This document shows, in pieces, positions 25,438 through 38,154 of a stretch of 46,889 nt of DNA. Within the stretch, counting starts at the first letter, position 1, and the number at the start of each line of letters is the position of its first letter. The notes below the pieces were generated by a model, which was not told the origin of the DNA, searched no databases, and was given only the letters and a program-made list of their open reading frames with translations. The position numbers and the translations under genes were made by a program. The stretch spans positions 1 through 46,889 of the forward strand of contig NW_021829899.1 in NCBI RefSeq assembly GCF_006345805.1, read 5' to 3'. This stretch comes from Octopus sinensis. Lineage: Eukaryota.

Positions 25438-26878
25438 GTATGTATTTATTAATGTGAAGATATTCACAAACAAAAACAATAAAACAACCAGCATAATTTC
25501 TTAGAAAGACCTAATACAAGTGTGCAAGTGTGCTGTACTTTATTCACGATAAGATTACTGGTACAGACTTCAAAATCTTCCGAATGCGTGTGAGTGTATA
25601 TAAATATATGCACAGACGCTTGACTAGGAACTTATCCGTTTTTGCCTTTTATCTTTTGTTTTAATATTTAAATATTTATCTTTTATCTCTTATAATTTAC
25701 AACTCCTGCTAATGTCATTTTTGCTTCTCTTTCATCCCTGTTCGGTTTTATTGATCTTTGACTGCGTTTAACATATTCTATTTTGTAACATCTTTTCTTG
25801 TGACACCTTCTTTGAATTCAAACCAGACCATTTATTATCAACATATCCGGTACATACATTTTAAATTCCTGGAAATTTACAATACTCAACAAAAATTCTT
25901 CTCTGCATTTCTGAAGAATGTATTCTGATGGAATGACGGTTGACATTGAGTTACGTAAGATCAATTATAAGTAATTATGTTACACTTGTAAAATTATAAA
26001 TAAACAATTTCCATTCTCATTTTCTTTTGTATATTTCTATACCTATGTGTGTGTATATATTTTTATGCTTTAAGTGTGTATATTATATGTCTGTCTCTGT
26101 GTCTCTCAATCTAACAATCTATCTATCTATGCATCGATGGACGCATCTGAAAGGATTAGAGACAAACACTTTCGTCTCTGGTTAATCTCTCATCAACTTC
26201 TTCAAGTATCACTTGAAAAGGAAAGTGAGAGTAGGGAGGTAAGTTTTGTCTAGTGAATGTTTTAAAAAAAGATGGGTGAATGTAGCAAGGATAGCACGTA
26301 TAAATGATGGTGGTGGTGGTGGGGGGTTGATCGGTGATTGTGGTGGTAGTGGTTGTGGTGTTGTTGTAGTGGGTAGTGGTATAAATAATTGTGGTATAAA
26401 TAATTGTAGCAGTAGTAGTAGTAGTAGTAGTAATAGCAGTAGTGACAGGAGTGGGGTAGTAGCAGTAGCAGCAGTAGTAGCATCAGCAGTAGTACATACG
26501 AGATAACTATCCTGGTAAGTTTTCATTTTCAAATGTCAAGTGAAACTCAATTATGTATTTCTTCAACAGTCTATATATGTGTATATATACGTATTCATGT
26601 ATGCGATTCTAACGGTATACATATGTTTACATCTGTGTGTGTGTGTGATTGTATGTATATATGTATTTATGTAATTGACTGTATGTGTTTGTGTGTTTAT
26701 ATATGTAAGTTGTATATTTTCTCTGCATACGCCTGCGTATCTTCTACGTATATACCAATACGCATGCATGTACGTATGTATGAATGCATGTATATTTCTT
26801 GTGTGCATGCGTATGTGTATACATATGCTCACATGTGTATGTATGCATATAACCGTGTGTGTGTATATAAATATATAT

Positions 26879-27462
26879 CCTTTTCTACTCTAGGCACAAA
26901 GCCCGAAGTTTTTGTGGGAGGAGGTAAGTCGATTAGATCGACCCCAGTACGCAACTGGTACTTAATTTATTGACCCCGAAAAGATGAAAGGCAAAGTCGA
27001 CCTCAGCGGAATTTGAACTAAGAACATAAAGACAGACGAAATACCTATTTCTTTACTACTCAGAAGGGGCTAAACACAGCAAGGACAAAAAAGGACAGAC
27101 AAACGGGTTAAGTCGATTATATCAACCCCAGTGCGTAACTGGTACTTATTTAATCGACCACGAAAGGATGAAAGGCAAAGTTGACCTTGGCGGAATTTGA
27201 ACTCAGAACGTAGCGGAAGACGAAATACCTATTTCTTTACTGTACGCAAGGGGCTAAACACAGAAGGGACAAACAAGGACAAACAAACGGATTAAGTCGA
27301 TTATATCGACCCCAGTGCGTAACTGGTACTTATTGAATCGGCCCCTAAAGGATGAAAGGCAAAGTCGACATCGGCGGAAATTGAACTCAGAACGTAGCTG
27401 CAGACGAAATACCGCAAAGCATTTCGCCCGGCGTGCTAACGTTTCTGCCAGCTCGCTGCCTT
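26879..27462 (-). mobile_element. SINE family Y, internally trimeric copy
   Basis: Three ~180-bp units with GAAAGGATGAAAGGCAAAGTCGACC; head AAGGCAGCGAGCTGGCAGAAACG on the minus strand. Confidence 0.88.
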
Positions 27463-28399
27463 AGCTCATTGCCTTCCATGAGGCTCATTTGGAGATCTAC
27501 TAAAAACAGTCTCATTGCCGGTTGTTCGTTCTATTTAAAGCGAATTGCTTATGTATAATGCATTTGCAGAGGTGTATTTCACAATATTTAGTAGTTAAAG
27601 TTTGTCATTATTAGCTCTGGTTAATTCTAGAGGACATTTTATGTCATACATCGCAGTTTTTGAACTACTAAAATACCCACTGTTGTGAAAAGGTTTTTTT
27701 TGTTGTGTGCATTTCCCATCTATATCATTCATTGATATTCCATACACATTCGCATTTGATAGTATAGTTTCAAAAAAAAAAAAAAGAAAACACTAAAATA
27801 TTTATTATTGCAATTGAATAGAAAAGGATAAATATACTTTTTTCATGGATCCCCATTTGGAACTTTTCAAATAATTTATTATAATTTCCAAAATAATTCA
27901 CATATGAAGAAAATCTAAATATTATATATTATTTTGACTCCTAAGACACCTGGCAAAGCCAAAATATATGGATGAAAAAATGTGGGATTTAGTGGGTAAA
28001 TTAGATAATCTACATTAAGCGAATGGAGCATTCTATCCCAAATTAGACCAAAGCCTTTCAAGGTTTATCTATTCTGATTAGATCAACCTAAAGACGCTTA
28101 CAGAATACCAGGTGGTACGAATTGTTACTGTGATTGTATCATTAAACGATGCCACGGGCTACTCGGCGGTAATTGAACAGAGATTATAAAATGAGGGAGC
28201 TGTAAAGCATTCCGTCCTGCACTCTAAAAACTCCCGCCGACATTCCCCGTGTCGCTGCTAGAATGTGTACCATTCGGAACAGTCTTTAAGCGTGCCGCCC
28301 CATTCCTTATGCAGGCTTATATTAGCAGATGCAAAAGTATCGCTCGGGTGCCCCTATAGAGGCTTATATAGCAGCTCAAATTTTAATTTTTTTTTATTT

Positions 28400-28713
28400 A
28401 TGCGCCCTTTTCAAGCCTAGTCAGGCTCATGGGACCGGATTCCCGCTTTCTGTGGCGTATGTGTTCCCCCCACCCCACCAGCTGGACGGGACGCCAGTCC
28501 ATCGCAGCGTTACTCAAGAAACAAGAAGAGAGAAAATGAGAGAAAGTTGGGGCGAAAAAGTACAACGGGGGTCGCCACCACCCCCTGCCGGAGCCTCGTG
28601 GAGCTTTAGGTGCGTTCACCCAATGAACACACACAACGCCCGGTCTGGGAATCGAAACCGCGATTCTCCCACCGCGAGTCCGCTGCCTTAACCACCGGGC
28701 CATTGCGCCTCCA
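28400..28713 (-). mobile_element. tRNA-derived SINE S1
   Basis: Minus head TGGAGGCGCAATGGCCCGGTGGTTAAGG, B-box GGTTTCGATTCCC; colinear with 36260-36561. Confidence 0.9.
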
Positions 28714-28714
28714 C

Positions 28715-28961
28715 TGCGCCCTTTTAAAGCCTAGCCAGGCTCATGTGCCCGGTTTCGCGGTTTCAATGGCGTATGTGTACCCCAGCTGGACGGGACGCCA
28801 GTCCATCGCAACGTTACTCATTTTTGCCAGCTGAGTGGATTGGAACAACGTGAAATGAAGTGTTTTGCTCAAGATCACAACGCGTCGCCCGGTCCAGGAA
28901 TCGAAACCACAATCTTACAATCATGATGCTGAAACACTAACCACTAAGCCACGCGCCTCCA
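28715..28961 (-). mobile_element. tRNA-derived CORE-like SINE S2 sharing the S1 3' tail
   Basis: Minus head TGGAGGCGCGTGGCTTAGTGGTTAG, block TTGTGATCTTGAGCAAAACACTTCATTTCAC, tail ...CCTGGCTAGGCTTTAAAAGGGCGCA. Confidence 0.88.
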
Positions 28962-29444
28962 TAGCACCTCAAATATGATGCCTAAAAACAACTGCTGTCA
29001 TCGATCTCGATCCCTCCACAAGCATCGGTACTAAAGCAGCCTCCTTGTACGGGAGGAAATATTATTTGCCGAGCACGAAGGTAGGAATAGCGTTGGTGCG
29101 TTTAATAATGAATCTGCTAACAGCAATTTAACTTGATTAGTATGCAAGAGGCGCGAGAAGGTTTGACTAAAAGATTATATAAACAGCTGTGAAAAACTAT
29201 TAAACATTCCAGCAAACAAATTTGTAGTAGTAGTAATAGTAAACAATAAGAATTAATGGCTTCCAAAGTTCAACAAGTGAATGTCAGTGGCATTAATAAT
29301 GGCAGGTGAATATAAAGTATATAGGCAATGTACATATCCTGCATATGAAGAGAATATATTGTTGTGAGATGTTTATATTAATTCATAATAACAGACATGA
29401 AACACACGAACGCACACATGCACATACATATAATATAAAAACAC

Positions 29445-29632
29445 ACAGACACTTTTTTCTCTCCTTCTTTCTGTGTTTTTCTCTCTCTGTGTATCTTTCT
29501 GTTGAAGAGCGTAGGCTCGAAACGTTAAAGACTTGTTTTATTTATATTTCCTGAGCGCCATACTAATACAATTGTTCGTTTGTTTTCCACCTGCCTTCGT
29601 CTTTTGTTTATTTTCATAAAGCTTCCCGTTAT
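29445..29632 (+). mobile_element. Family B short hammerhead-bearing element with (TA)n tail
   Basis: Colinear with 38155-38332; both run into (TA)n. Confidence 0.8.
29494..29531 (+). ncRNA. Minimal type I hammerhead-like motif, A6U core variant
   Basis: TCTTT-CTGTTGA-A-GAGC(GTAG)GCTC-GAA-ACGT-T-AAAGA. Confidence 0.7.
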
Positions 29633-29660
29633 ATGTAAATACATATATATATATATTATA

Positions 29661-29701
<41 letters not shown>

Positions 29702-29748
29702 TGTGCCTGAGTGTGTACAAACTAAGTCAATACATGCATATATATATG

Positions 29749-29815
<67 letters not shown>

Positions 29816-29958
29816 GTAGATAGATAGATGGGTAGATAGATATATATGTACAGACATATACATTAGTCTATATATGTATATATGTATATATGTATATATA
29901 TATATTATATATATATATATATATATATGTATATGTATATATAGAGATAGATAGATAG

Positions 29959-30003
<45 letters not shown>

Positions 30004-30286
30004 TATATATACATATATACAGAGAGAGAAAAAGGAAGAGAGAGGCGGGGGATACACTGATAGATGTGAAGTGTCATGTAGTGCAATATAATGTACACCC
30101 ACAACGCAAGAACACCTAGGCAAAGTGTGTATATGTTTTACAATAAAAAATTGTGCTGAATAACTTGTTTTAGATGTGTGTAGATTCAGATATTTGATTA
30201 ATCATATGGATATACCTACCAACATCTAAACACAATTATACATAAATAAATATATATGTAAGTGCGAATGTAAGTTATATATATGC

Positions 30287-30342
<56 letters not shown>

Positions 30343-31187
30343 CGTAAGTATATCGATACATACATATATATATACATGTATATCGATACTTACATATATA
30401 TATATATACATGTGTGTATGTGTGTGTACGTGTTGGATAAAAGAACAATATTAAAACTCTCTTTTATTAAATGCGTATTGCTATGGCTTTCAAGCCTGCA
30501 TTCTGTTCCATTGATGCCAGGCTTCAAAATAACTTCAGATATCACGTTATTATTTTAGTTGTAGTTGTTGTCGCTATTAATGTTATTTTTATTAATATTA
30601 ATAATGACAATCGTGATGATGGTGATGATAACATTAAAAGTATTATAATAATATATTCATATACCTTCACCCAAGGGAACAGATATGTGTGAGCGTGTTT
30701 GCAATTGTTTTTGTATTTTTCAGCGTATATGTGTTTGTGTGTGTGTGTGTGTTTGTGTGTGGTGTGTGAGTGTGTGTGTGTGTCAGTGCGCGCGTGCGAG
30801 CATGTGAACTGAGAATTCCAAATAAGAAGTTGTATACTGAAAATCCTGAATACTGCAACAGAATCTACTAACTATATCATGTTGTCTGCACAATTTGCTA
30901 CGAGTTTCGCATTTTACGCTCATCTAGGATTACCCTTTTTCTCACTCTCTCTCTCTAGTCTCTCTTCCCCTGCCACACACTCATGTAATTTTTTTGTACA
31001 TGTTTTATTTTGAAGGTTTGTACAATTATACCCCACCAGCGTTTTACTTTGAACACCACCAAACTGTGCAATATTATCGAACGGCTGTCGAAATCGTAAA
31101 GAATTTCGGCCGTCAACCGATAGGGGTAGATCGTGTTTTCCTGTTTCCGTATGTTACTTGGTCATTTCCTTGAGCCAAAATTTACGA

Positions 31188-31292
<105 letters not shown>

Positions 31293-31298
31293 CTCTAT

Positions 31299-31360
<62 letters not shown>

Positions 31361-31420
31361 TTATCTAGACTATCTATCTATCTATCTCTTTCTCTCTCTC
31401 TCTCTCTGTGCACACACACG

Positions 31421-31460
<40 letters not shown>

Positions 31461-31465
<5 letters not shown>

Positions 31466-31932
31466 AAGGGTGAAAAGGAACACACGAGTTGATATATATG
31501 AAAAAACAAGTCAAAATAGAAAATGCTAAAATAATTTTATAAAGAACATTTCAGATACAGTAGGGATCACCACCATCCCCTGCCGGAGCCTCGTGGAGCT
31601 TTTTAGGTGTTTTCGCTCAATAAACACTCACAACGCCCGGTCTGGGAATCGAAACCGCGATCCTACGACCGCGAGTCCGCTGCCCTAACCACTGGGCCAT
31701 TGCGCCTCCAGTGGCCCAGTGGTTAGGCCCAGTGGTTAGGGCAGCGGACTAGCGGTCGTAGGATCGCGGTTTCGATTCCCAGACCGGGCGTTGTGAGTGT
31801 TTATTGAGCGAAAACACCTAAAAAGCTCCACGAGGCTCCGGCAGGGGATGGTGGTGATCCCTGCTGTATCTGAAATGTTCTTTATAAAATTATTTTAGCA
31901 TTTTCTATTTTGACTTGTTTTTTCATATATAT
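31461..31932. repeat. Fold-back inverted repeat (207-bp arms) of a SINE S1 head fused to an AT-rich tail
   Basis: Arms 31492-31698 and 31726-31932 with 2 mismatches by eye, 27-bp spacer, and 31 extra nt on the left arm only. Confidence 0.95.
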
Positions 31933-31974
31933 ATATATGATACAAACTTGGGGATAAAACCACTTTAATGATTT

Positions 31975-32058
31975 TAAGTATTAAAAAGTTCAATATACAT
32001 AAATACAGATATATACACTTTGTATATATACATTATATATACATATTTATATATATAG

Positions 32059-32114
<56 letters not shown>

Positions 32115-32759
32115 AATGAACCCAATAAATATCTGATTCATAATATTTGTTCTCATGATTGTGTGGTGGTGGTGGCGATGATTATTCTCTCTATGAATGC
32201 AGACAGACGTAGAGAGAGCGAGAGATTGTGTGTGAAAGCGCTGTCGAAGGCGTATAATTTAAAAATATATATATATAACTATCAAAAAGTATTAAAAAGT
32301 TTAATATACATAAATACAGATATATACACTTTGTATATGAATGGAGACAGACGTAGATAGAGAGAGAGAGTGACATCGCTGGCGAAAGACCGATAGTAGA
32401 CGGTATCACATATTTGAATGCAGACAGACGTGTAGAGAGAGAGAGAGAGTGTGTGAAAGCGCTGTAGAACGCCGCTTGACGAATCGACGTTATATGTAGA
32501 AAGTGATGGGAAGGGGGGAAATAGAGTGAGTGAGGAAGACAGATACATAAAAGACTGAGAGTGGACTTGTCAAAGTGGGTTTTTGGCCCTAGCAACGACA
32601 CCTTTTAAGATAGGGATTTCTAACGTAGCCCACGGGTATCGTCACCTCATTTTACATGTCCCTGTAAATTTTGGAGTCAATCGGACGGGATGTAGTGGCC
32701 TTGAAAGCGATCCAAGCGGTCGAGTCAAACAAACATTTTTTCAGTTTTATAAATAGAGA
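31975..32759 (-). mobile_element. Helitron-like 5' portion with internal duplications
   Basis: Minus strand starts A|TCTCTATTTATAAAACTG...TGTTTGTTTG...CCGATTGACTCCAAAATTT. A ~50-bp direct repeat lies at ~31977 and ~32288. No 3' CTAG end found. Confidence 0.5.
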
Positions 32760-32770
32760 TTAGAGAGTGC

Positions 32771-33280
32771 GGATAAACACGCTAGAAATAGACGCCAAGT
32801 GGCTCTAAAAACCACATCTACACTCCATTAGCACAGGTTGTAAGCGGGAGATGAAAAATGAATATGAATACGTTGTTTAATTGTAAATCAATTTCTGACA
32901 TAGCTCTGTAAAACTCCCTACCTTCATCAGTACGATTTGGGAAGAGCATGTAAATGCAAACATTTATATATACCCACATGAACAATATATACCCGCACGA
33001 TTATATGCAAAGATTTACATGTATACAGTAGTTGAATCTAAATTTTTTCATCTCAACCACACGCTTTTTACTATCCAAAAAGTATCGCAGGGAATTTGAT
33101 CAGGAGCAAATATCTAATTTATGCAAAACCCTAAGACAGAAATCAACTTAAAATTAACCAAATTAAAAACAAAAATCGCCATCATATTTTCATCTACAGC
33201 TTACAACTGTGCTAACGGAGTGTAGATGTGATTTTTGAGTCATTTGGCGTCCATTTCTAGCATGTCGGTGGTGCTTATCC
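32771..33280. mobile_element. MITE-like element with ~75-80 bp imperfect terminal inverted repeats
   Basis: 32771-32845 is the reverse complement of 33199-33280 (GCTAGAAAT.GACGCCAA.TG.CTC.AAAA.CACATCTACACTCC.TTAGCACAG). Confidence 0.75.
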
Positions 33281-33877
33281 TATATATATATATGTGTGTG
33301 TGTGCATGTCGTTCTGTGTGTGTGTGTGTGTGCATGTCGTTCTGTGTGTGTGTGTGTGTGTGTGTACATCAATTTGTCTTGCAAGATTCCTGATGGGAAT
33401 TGTGTCTTGAAACAGATTGCCAAATAACGCACTATATATATATATATATTATATATATATTATATATATATATATATAATGAGTTACAATAAAAATTAAG
33501 AAACAGTAATAATCGAGTGAAGAAAAAACTTTTTGTTGTTGACGGAATTATTGATAAAATTAAATTCATGATTTGCTAACAAAAGTAACCTCAAAAATTT
33601 CACTTAAATCCATACACTTAGTTAATTTCTTATTTACTTTTGCAACGGGTTTGTGCTTTTCTGTTGTAAACGTGTTTTTGCTTTTTTTTTGTTCTTTCGA
33701 TACTGGCTCTTTGGTTCATTGTCAAATTTCGCTTCAACCCTTTGATTTCTTTATTTTCCGTAAAAATATCTTATTTACTTTCTGCCTGTCGTATTAAGAA
33801 TTATAATTTCCGTTACCTAGTTATTTTCATTGATTACTATCTTCTGCATCCTTGTATTTCTGTATACGTATATAACC

Positions 33878-34774
33878 ATGCCTAGAAGGAATGTGTCAAA
33901 TTTGTCTACAATGTCAAGATCAAACAAATGAATGTCTCTGTCCAGGGAAAGCGATACAGCTGAAGAAAGGGAAGCATACCAAGAAACCAACAGACTGTGC
34001 GCTACAAAAGCCATAGCATCTCAAAGTGATGAACAGAGGTATGCACGGCTGACAAGGAATATGATCTCCACGGTAGAACGAAGAGCAATTGGAACAGTTC
34101 AGAGAAGCTGATTCTACGAAGCACTTTTCAATTATGATCCAGCAGTTCATTTTGCAGATGACACTAGAGTTTTCATTGGTGCAATGAGAACTGAGTGCAA
34201 ACATTGTAAAGCAATGAAGTGACCTGGAGAGACACCTGCAATGTGCTGCTGTGGTGGAAAGGTTAATCTTCCTGTAGTCCCCCAACCTCCGGAGCCATTG
34301 CAGAAACTGTTGTCATCAACTGACCAAGATTCCAAGCACTTCCAAAACAAAATTAGACAATACAACGCTGCACTACATATGACATCATTTGGATCCACAA
34401 GAGATATAACTGAGCCAAGATGTAGATCCAAGGTCACATTTGTCACCAGACTGGCGCTCTACTACCTCTGTCAAATGAATCACCAAAATCGGCCGTTCAT
34501 TGTTTACAATCTGTACCTGTTTTTTGGTTACTAAATAAGCCACATAAAACGTGTTTTTGAATTGCATGTATTTACTTTATATGCATATATGAGTTGAAAA
34601 CTTTCTTTTAACACTTCTTTTAACGTCTATGTTTCATGCTGGCATGGGTTGCGGAGTTATTAATATAAAAAGTTGGTATCTCAGCTATTAGTTGTTGAGA
34701 TCCGCGTAAGGAAGACAAGGTTTTTAAATTTCATTATACTTTTTAACCCGAGCAACGCCGGGTATTTCTGCTAG
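33878..34774 (+). mobile_element. Deleted Helitron: RepHel N-terminal pseudogene plus intact 3' terminus
   Basis: IGAMRTECKHCKAMK*PGETPAMCCCGGKVNLP..PPEPLQKLL...HFQNKIRQYNAALHMTSFG; hairpin CCCGAGCAACGCCGGG at 34747-34762 and CTAG|T at 34771-34775. 5' end not resolved. Confidence 0.9.
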
Positions 34775-34802
34775 TATATATATATGTATATATATATATA
34801 TA

Positions 34803-34860
<58 letters not shown>

Positions 34861-34871
34861 ATTATATATAT

Positions 34872-34907
<36 letters not shown>

Positions 34908-35303
34908 CACATACATATATAAGAGCAGAGTAATCAGTACTGGTTGGTAGTGATAAATACTGTAATATAATCGACTCTTAATACATTTTAGGTACTATTC
35001 GCCATGTAGTGACATTTCACCCTAAAATTTTACAAGCAATCCACTATCTGAATGTTTTCCGTAACTATAAGATAATGTTCGAAAAATTTATACCCAAATG
35101 TATTCAACAGTATTATGCCGATATATTTTTTATCTCTTTATCGGTTCATCTACTTATACACGTGCCTGTATACACACACACACACTCATATATATGTATG
35201 CATGTATGTATGTATATATATATATATATACATGTATACATATATATATATGAATGTATACATATATATATGTATATATATATATACGTATGTATATATA
35301 TTA

Positions 35304-35345
<42 letters not shown>

Positions 35346-35462
35346 ATGTATATACACACACACATACTCATATATATGTATGCATGTATGTATGTATATA
35401 TATATATATCTACATGTATACATATATATATATGAATGTATACATATATATATGTATATATA

Positions 35463-35495
<33 letters not shown>

Positions 35496-35508
35496 ATATA
35501 TATATGTG

Positions 35509-35603
<95 letters not shown>

Positions 35604-35839
35604 ATTCCTCCATAGCATAAACAGGTGCATATGTTATTCGTTAATAAGAGTCTGATTCGCTTTCATGCCGCTTAAAATTCCATAGGGTCGACAAGTCAAA
35701 AGTGTTGCTGAAAAATAATATAAGTAACGCATACCAGTTGTGGTGAGTGCTACCCACTTTCTTCTATCCATTCACTGGTAATCTTATACACACATACGCA
35801 CACACACACACACATATGTATACATATATATATATATAT

Positions 35840-36240
35840 ATAGTCTTAATTGAGACAGTCTTAACTGAGAAAGAAAACAAACTATGCTGGATCATAGATA
35901 TAGCATTCCCAGCTGACAAGGTATGCGATAAGGAGGAAAGAAAAATGGAGAGATATGACAGGTTAGCTTGCGAAGTTAAGCAGTTGTGGTCGATGGAAAA
36001 GGTAGCAGTAGTATTAAAAATTGTCGGAGCTCTGGGAACTGAGCAAAAATCTCGAGAAGTACATGGGACAAATAGGAGCTGCAATAAGGGTGAAGCACTT
36101 GCAGAAAACAGAACTGCTTGGAACCACCTGAATACTCCGGAATGTGTTCGAAAAACAAGAGATATTACCATATTTCACTTGGAGTGAACAATTGACATTA
36201 TAGTACATCTCCAGTGTTAGATGTTGTGCAAAGTCAATAA
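35840..36240 (+). mobile_element. 3' fragment of R4/Dong-like LINE (restriction-like endonuclease)
   Basis: KENKLCWIIDIAFPADKVCDKEERKMERYDRLACEVKQLWSM...IVGALGT; ends in AATAATAAT. Confidence 0.85.
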
Positions 36241-36259
36241 TAATGATAATTATTTATGT

Positions 36260-36561
36260 ATGCGCCCTTTTCTAGCCTAGCCAGGCTCATGGGCCCGGTT
36301 TCCAAGTTTCTATGGCGTATGTGTTCCACCCAGCTGGACGGGACGCCAGTCCATTGCAGCGTTACTCAAGAAACAGGAAGAAAGAGTGAGAGAAAGTTGG
36401 GGCGAAAGAGTACAACAGGAGTCACTATCACCCACTGCCGGAGCCTCGTGGAGCTTTAGGTTTTTTCGCTCAATAAACACACACAACGCCCGTTCTGGGA
36501 ATCGAAACCGGAACTCCGACCGCGAGTCCGCTGCCCTAACCACTGGGCCATTGCGCCTCCA
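36260..36561 (-). mobile_element. tRNA-derived SINE S1 within (AAT)n
   Basis: Colinear with 28400-28713. Confidence 0.9.
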
Positions 36562-36957
36562 ATAATAATAATAATAATAATCATAATAATAATAATAATA
36601 ATCTTTTTTTTATCTACTTTTGACAATATCATGCTGTAGCGGGAATAATGAAATAAGTGCTTTTATATGTATATTCAAAATGTTTGAGACATCACATGTT
36701 TATAACGGGTTTTCTTATAAGTTGACGAGACGAATTGAGCTTAACCCTAAGCAGAGTGAGATCCACTGACGTGAATTGAGATGCTCTGCATTAGAATTCG
36801 AAATCACGTGACATGAGTATATCTGCTACATCCCGTAGGGAGCATTGTCTCGTCAGTTTACGAATATAGTTTTTTTTCTGTTGCTAATGAGTCGTTTTTG
36901 ACTCTTATTTCTAGAAATTCTGGTACCACTATGTATCCTTGTCACTTTAGTGACATT

Positions 36958-37049
<92 letters not shown>

Positions 37050-37321
37050 GACATATATATATATATATATGTCTATATGTGTGTGTGTTGGTGTATGCAT
37101 ATATATATATGCCTCTCTTTCATATCGTCATTCCTTAGCTAGATCACATAGTGGTTTGATATGTCATGCTCGTCTCCATAATGCTTTTGGTGGCCTGAGG
37201 ACACACATGAGGAGTTACAAGGGGAATTGTAGACATTGGGGAATGGTAGGTACCTAATGCCAGGTACATTAAAAGACCATACGTCGAAGGGAGAATCCAT
37301 TACATCTGTATGTATGTATGT

Positions 37322-37541
37322 CGTTATTCAGTCTATTCTAATATTTCTTGACAATAGCGAAAGACCCGGTTTCTAATCTAGATCCAATGCTCTTCATTGG
37401 AATTTCAACATCAACATGTATGTGTATATGTAAGTCAATATTCAGTTTATTTTACGATTTCTTGACAATAAAGAACCGGTTTGTAACCTAGATCCAAGGC
37501 TCCTTCATAGGAGTTTCAGCGTCAGCAATAAGGTATTTTTG
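37322..37541 (-). mobile_element. Two tandem copies of family C short element in (TACA)n, hammerhead-like but non-canonical core
   Basis: Both align with 40893-41004. Minus strand CC(A/T)ATGA...AGCCT-TGGATCT-AGGTT...(G/C)AAACCGG. Confidence 0.7.
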
Positions 37542-37991
37542 CATGTATGTATGTATGTATGTATGTATGTATGTATGTATGTATGTATATATGTATGTAC
37601 GAACGTACGAATATATGTACGTACGTAAGTATGTATGTGTTCTATAGTGAATATGTATACCACTCGCGGTAAATAGAGATATGGTTCAGCCATTGTATAT
37701 ACACCAGTAGCCGGTCATCAAGAGAGGGTCGAGAATCGAAGAGATGAGAGACGACTGTAAGCGATAGTATGACAGAAGTTAGTGTATAAATATTACAGTA
37801 CGAAGTGATACAAACGGTATCCGATGACTAGTAACTATTGAGGCTACTAGCGTGAAACAGTAGCTACAATACCACGGCAGCCACACATCACACCAGTAGG
37901 TGAACCCACTTCACAATACTACGTATGGTATTGTGCCCGTCCATAAAACTACATACACACCAACATACACGCATATATACCCACACACCTA

Positions 37992-38125
<134 letters not shown>

Positions 38126-38154
38126 TAGATGGCATGATAGATCGTTAGCTACTA

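Noticed and set aside
25905-25960. CTGAAGA...ACATT possible hammerhead
   Set aside because: GAAA core and stem I partner are missing.
26246-26506. Gly/Ser-rich ORF resembling a transcription-factor low-complexity region
   Set aside because: Explained by (GGT)n/(AGT)n trinucleotide repeats.
36722-36855. Short inverted repeats TGACGAGAC/GTCTCGTCA suggesting a MITE or hairpin RNA
   Set aside because: Only ~9-bp match, single copy, no TSD, interior does not pair extensively.
37636-37915. Solo LTR (TG...CA) with an internal hammerhead-like string GGTAT-CCGATGA-CTAGTA..TACTAG-CGT-GAAA..ATACC
   Set aside because: No TSD or second copy. The core has U4C, a 3-nt insertion before GAAA and no valid UH site, so it is not callable from one copy.
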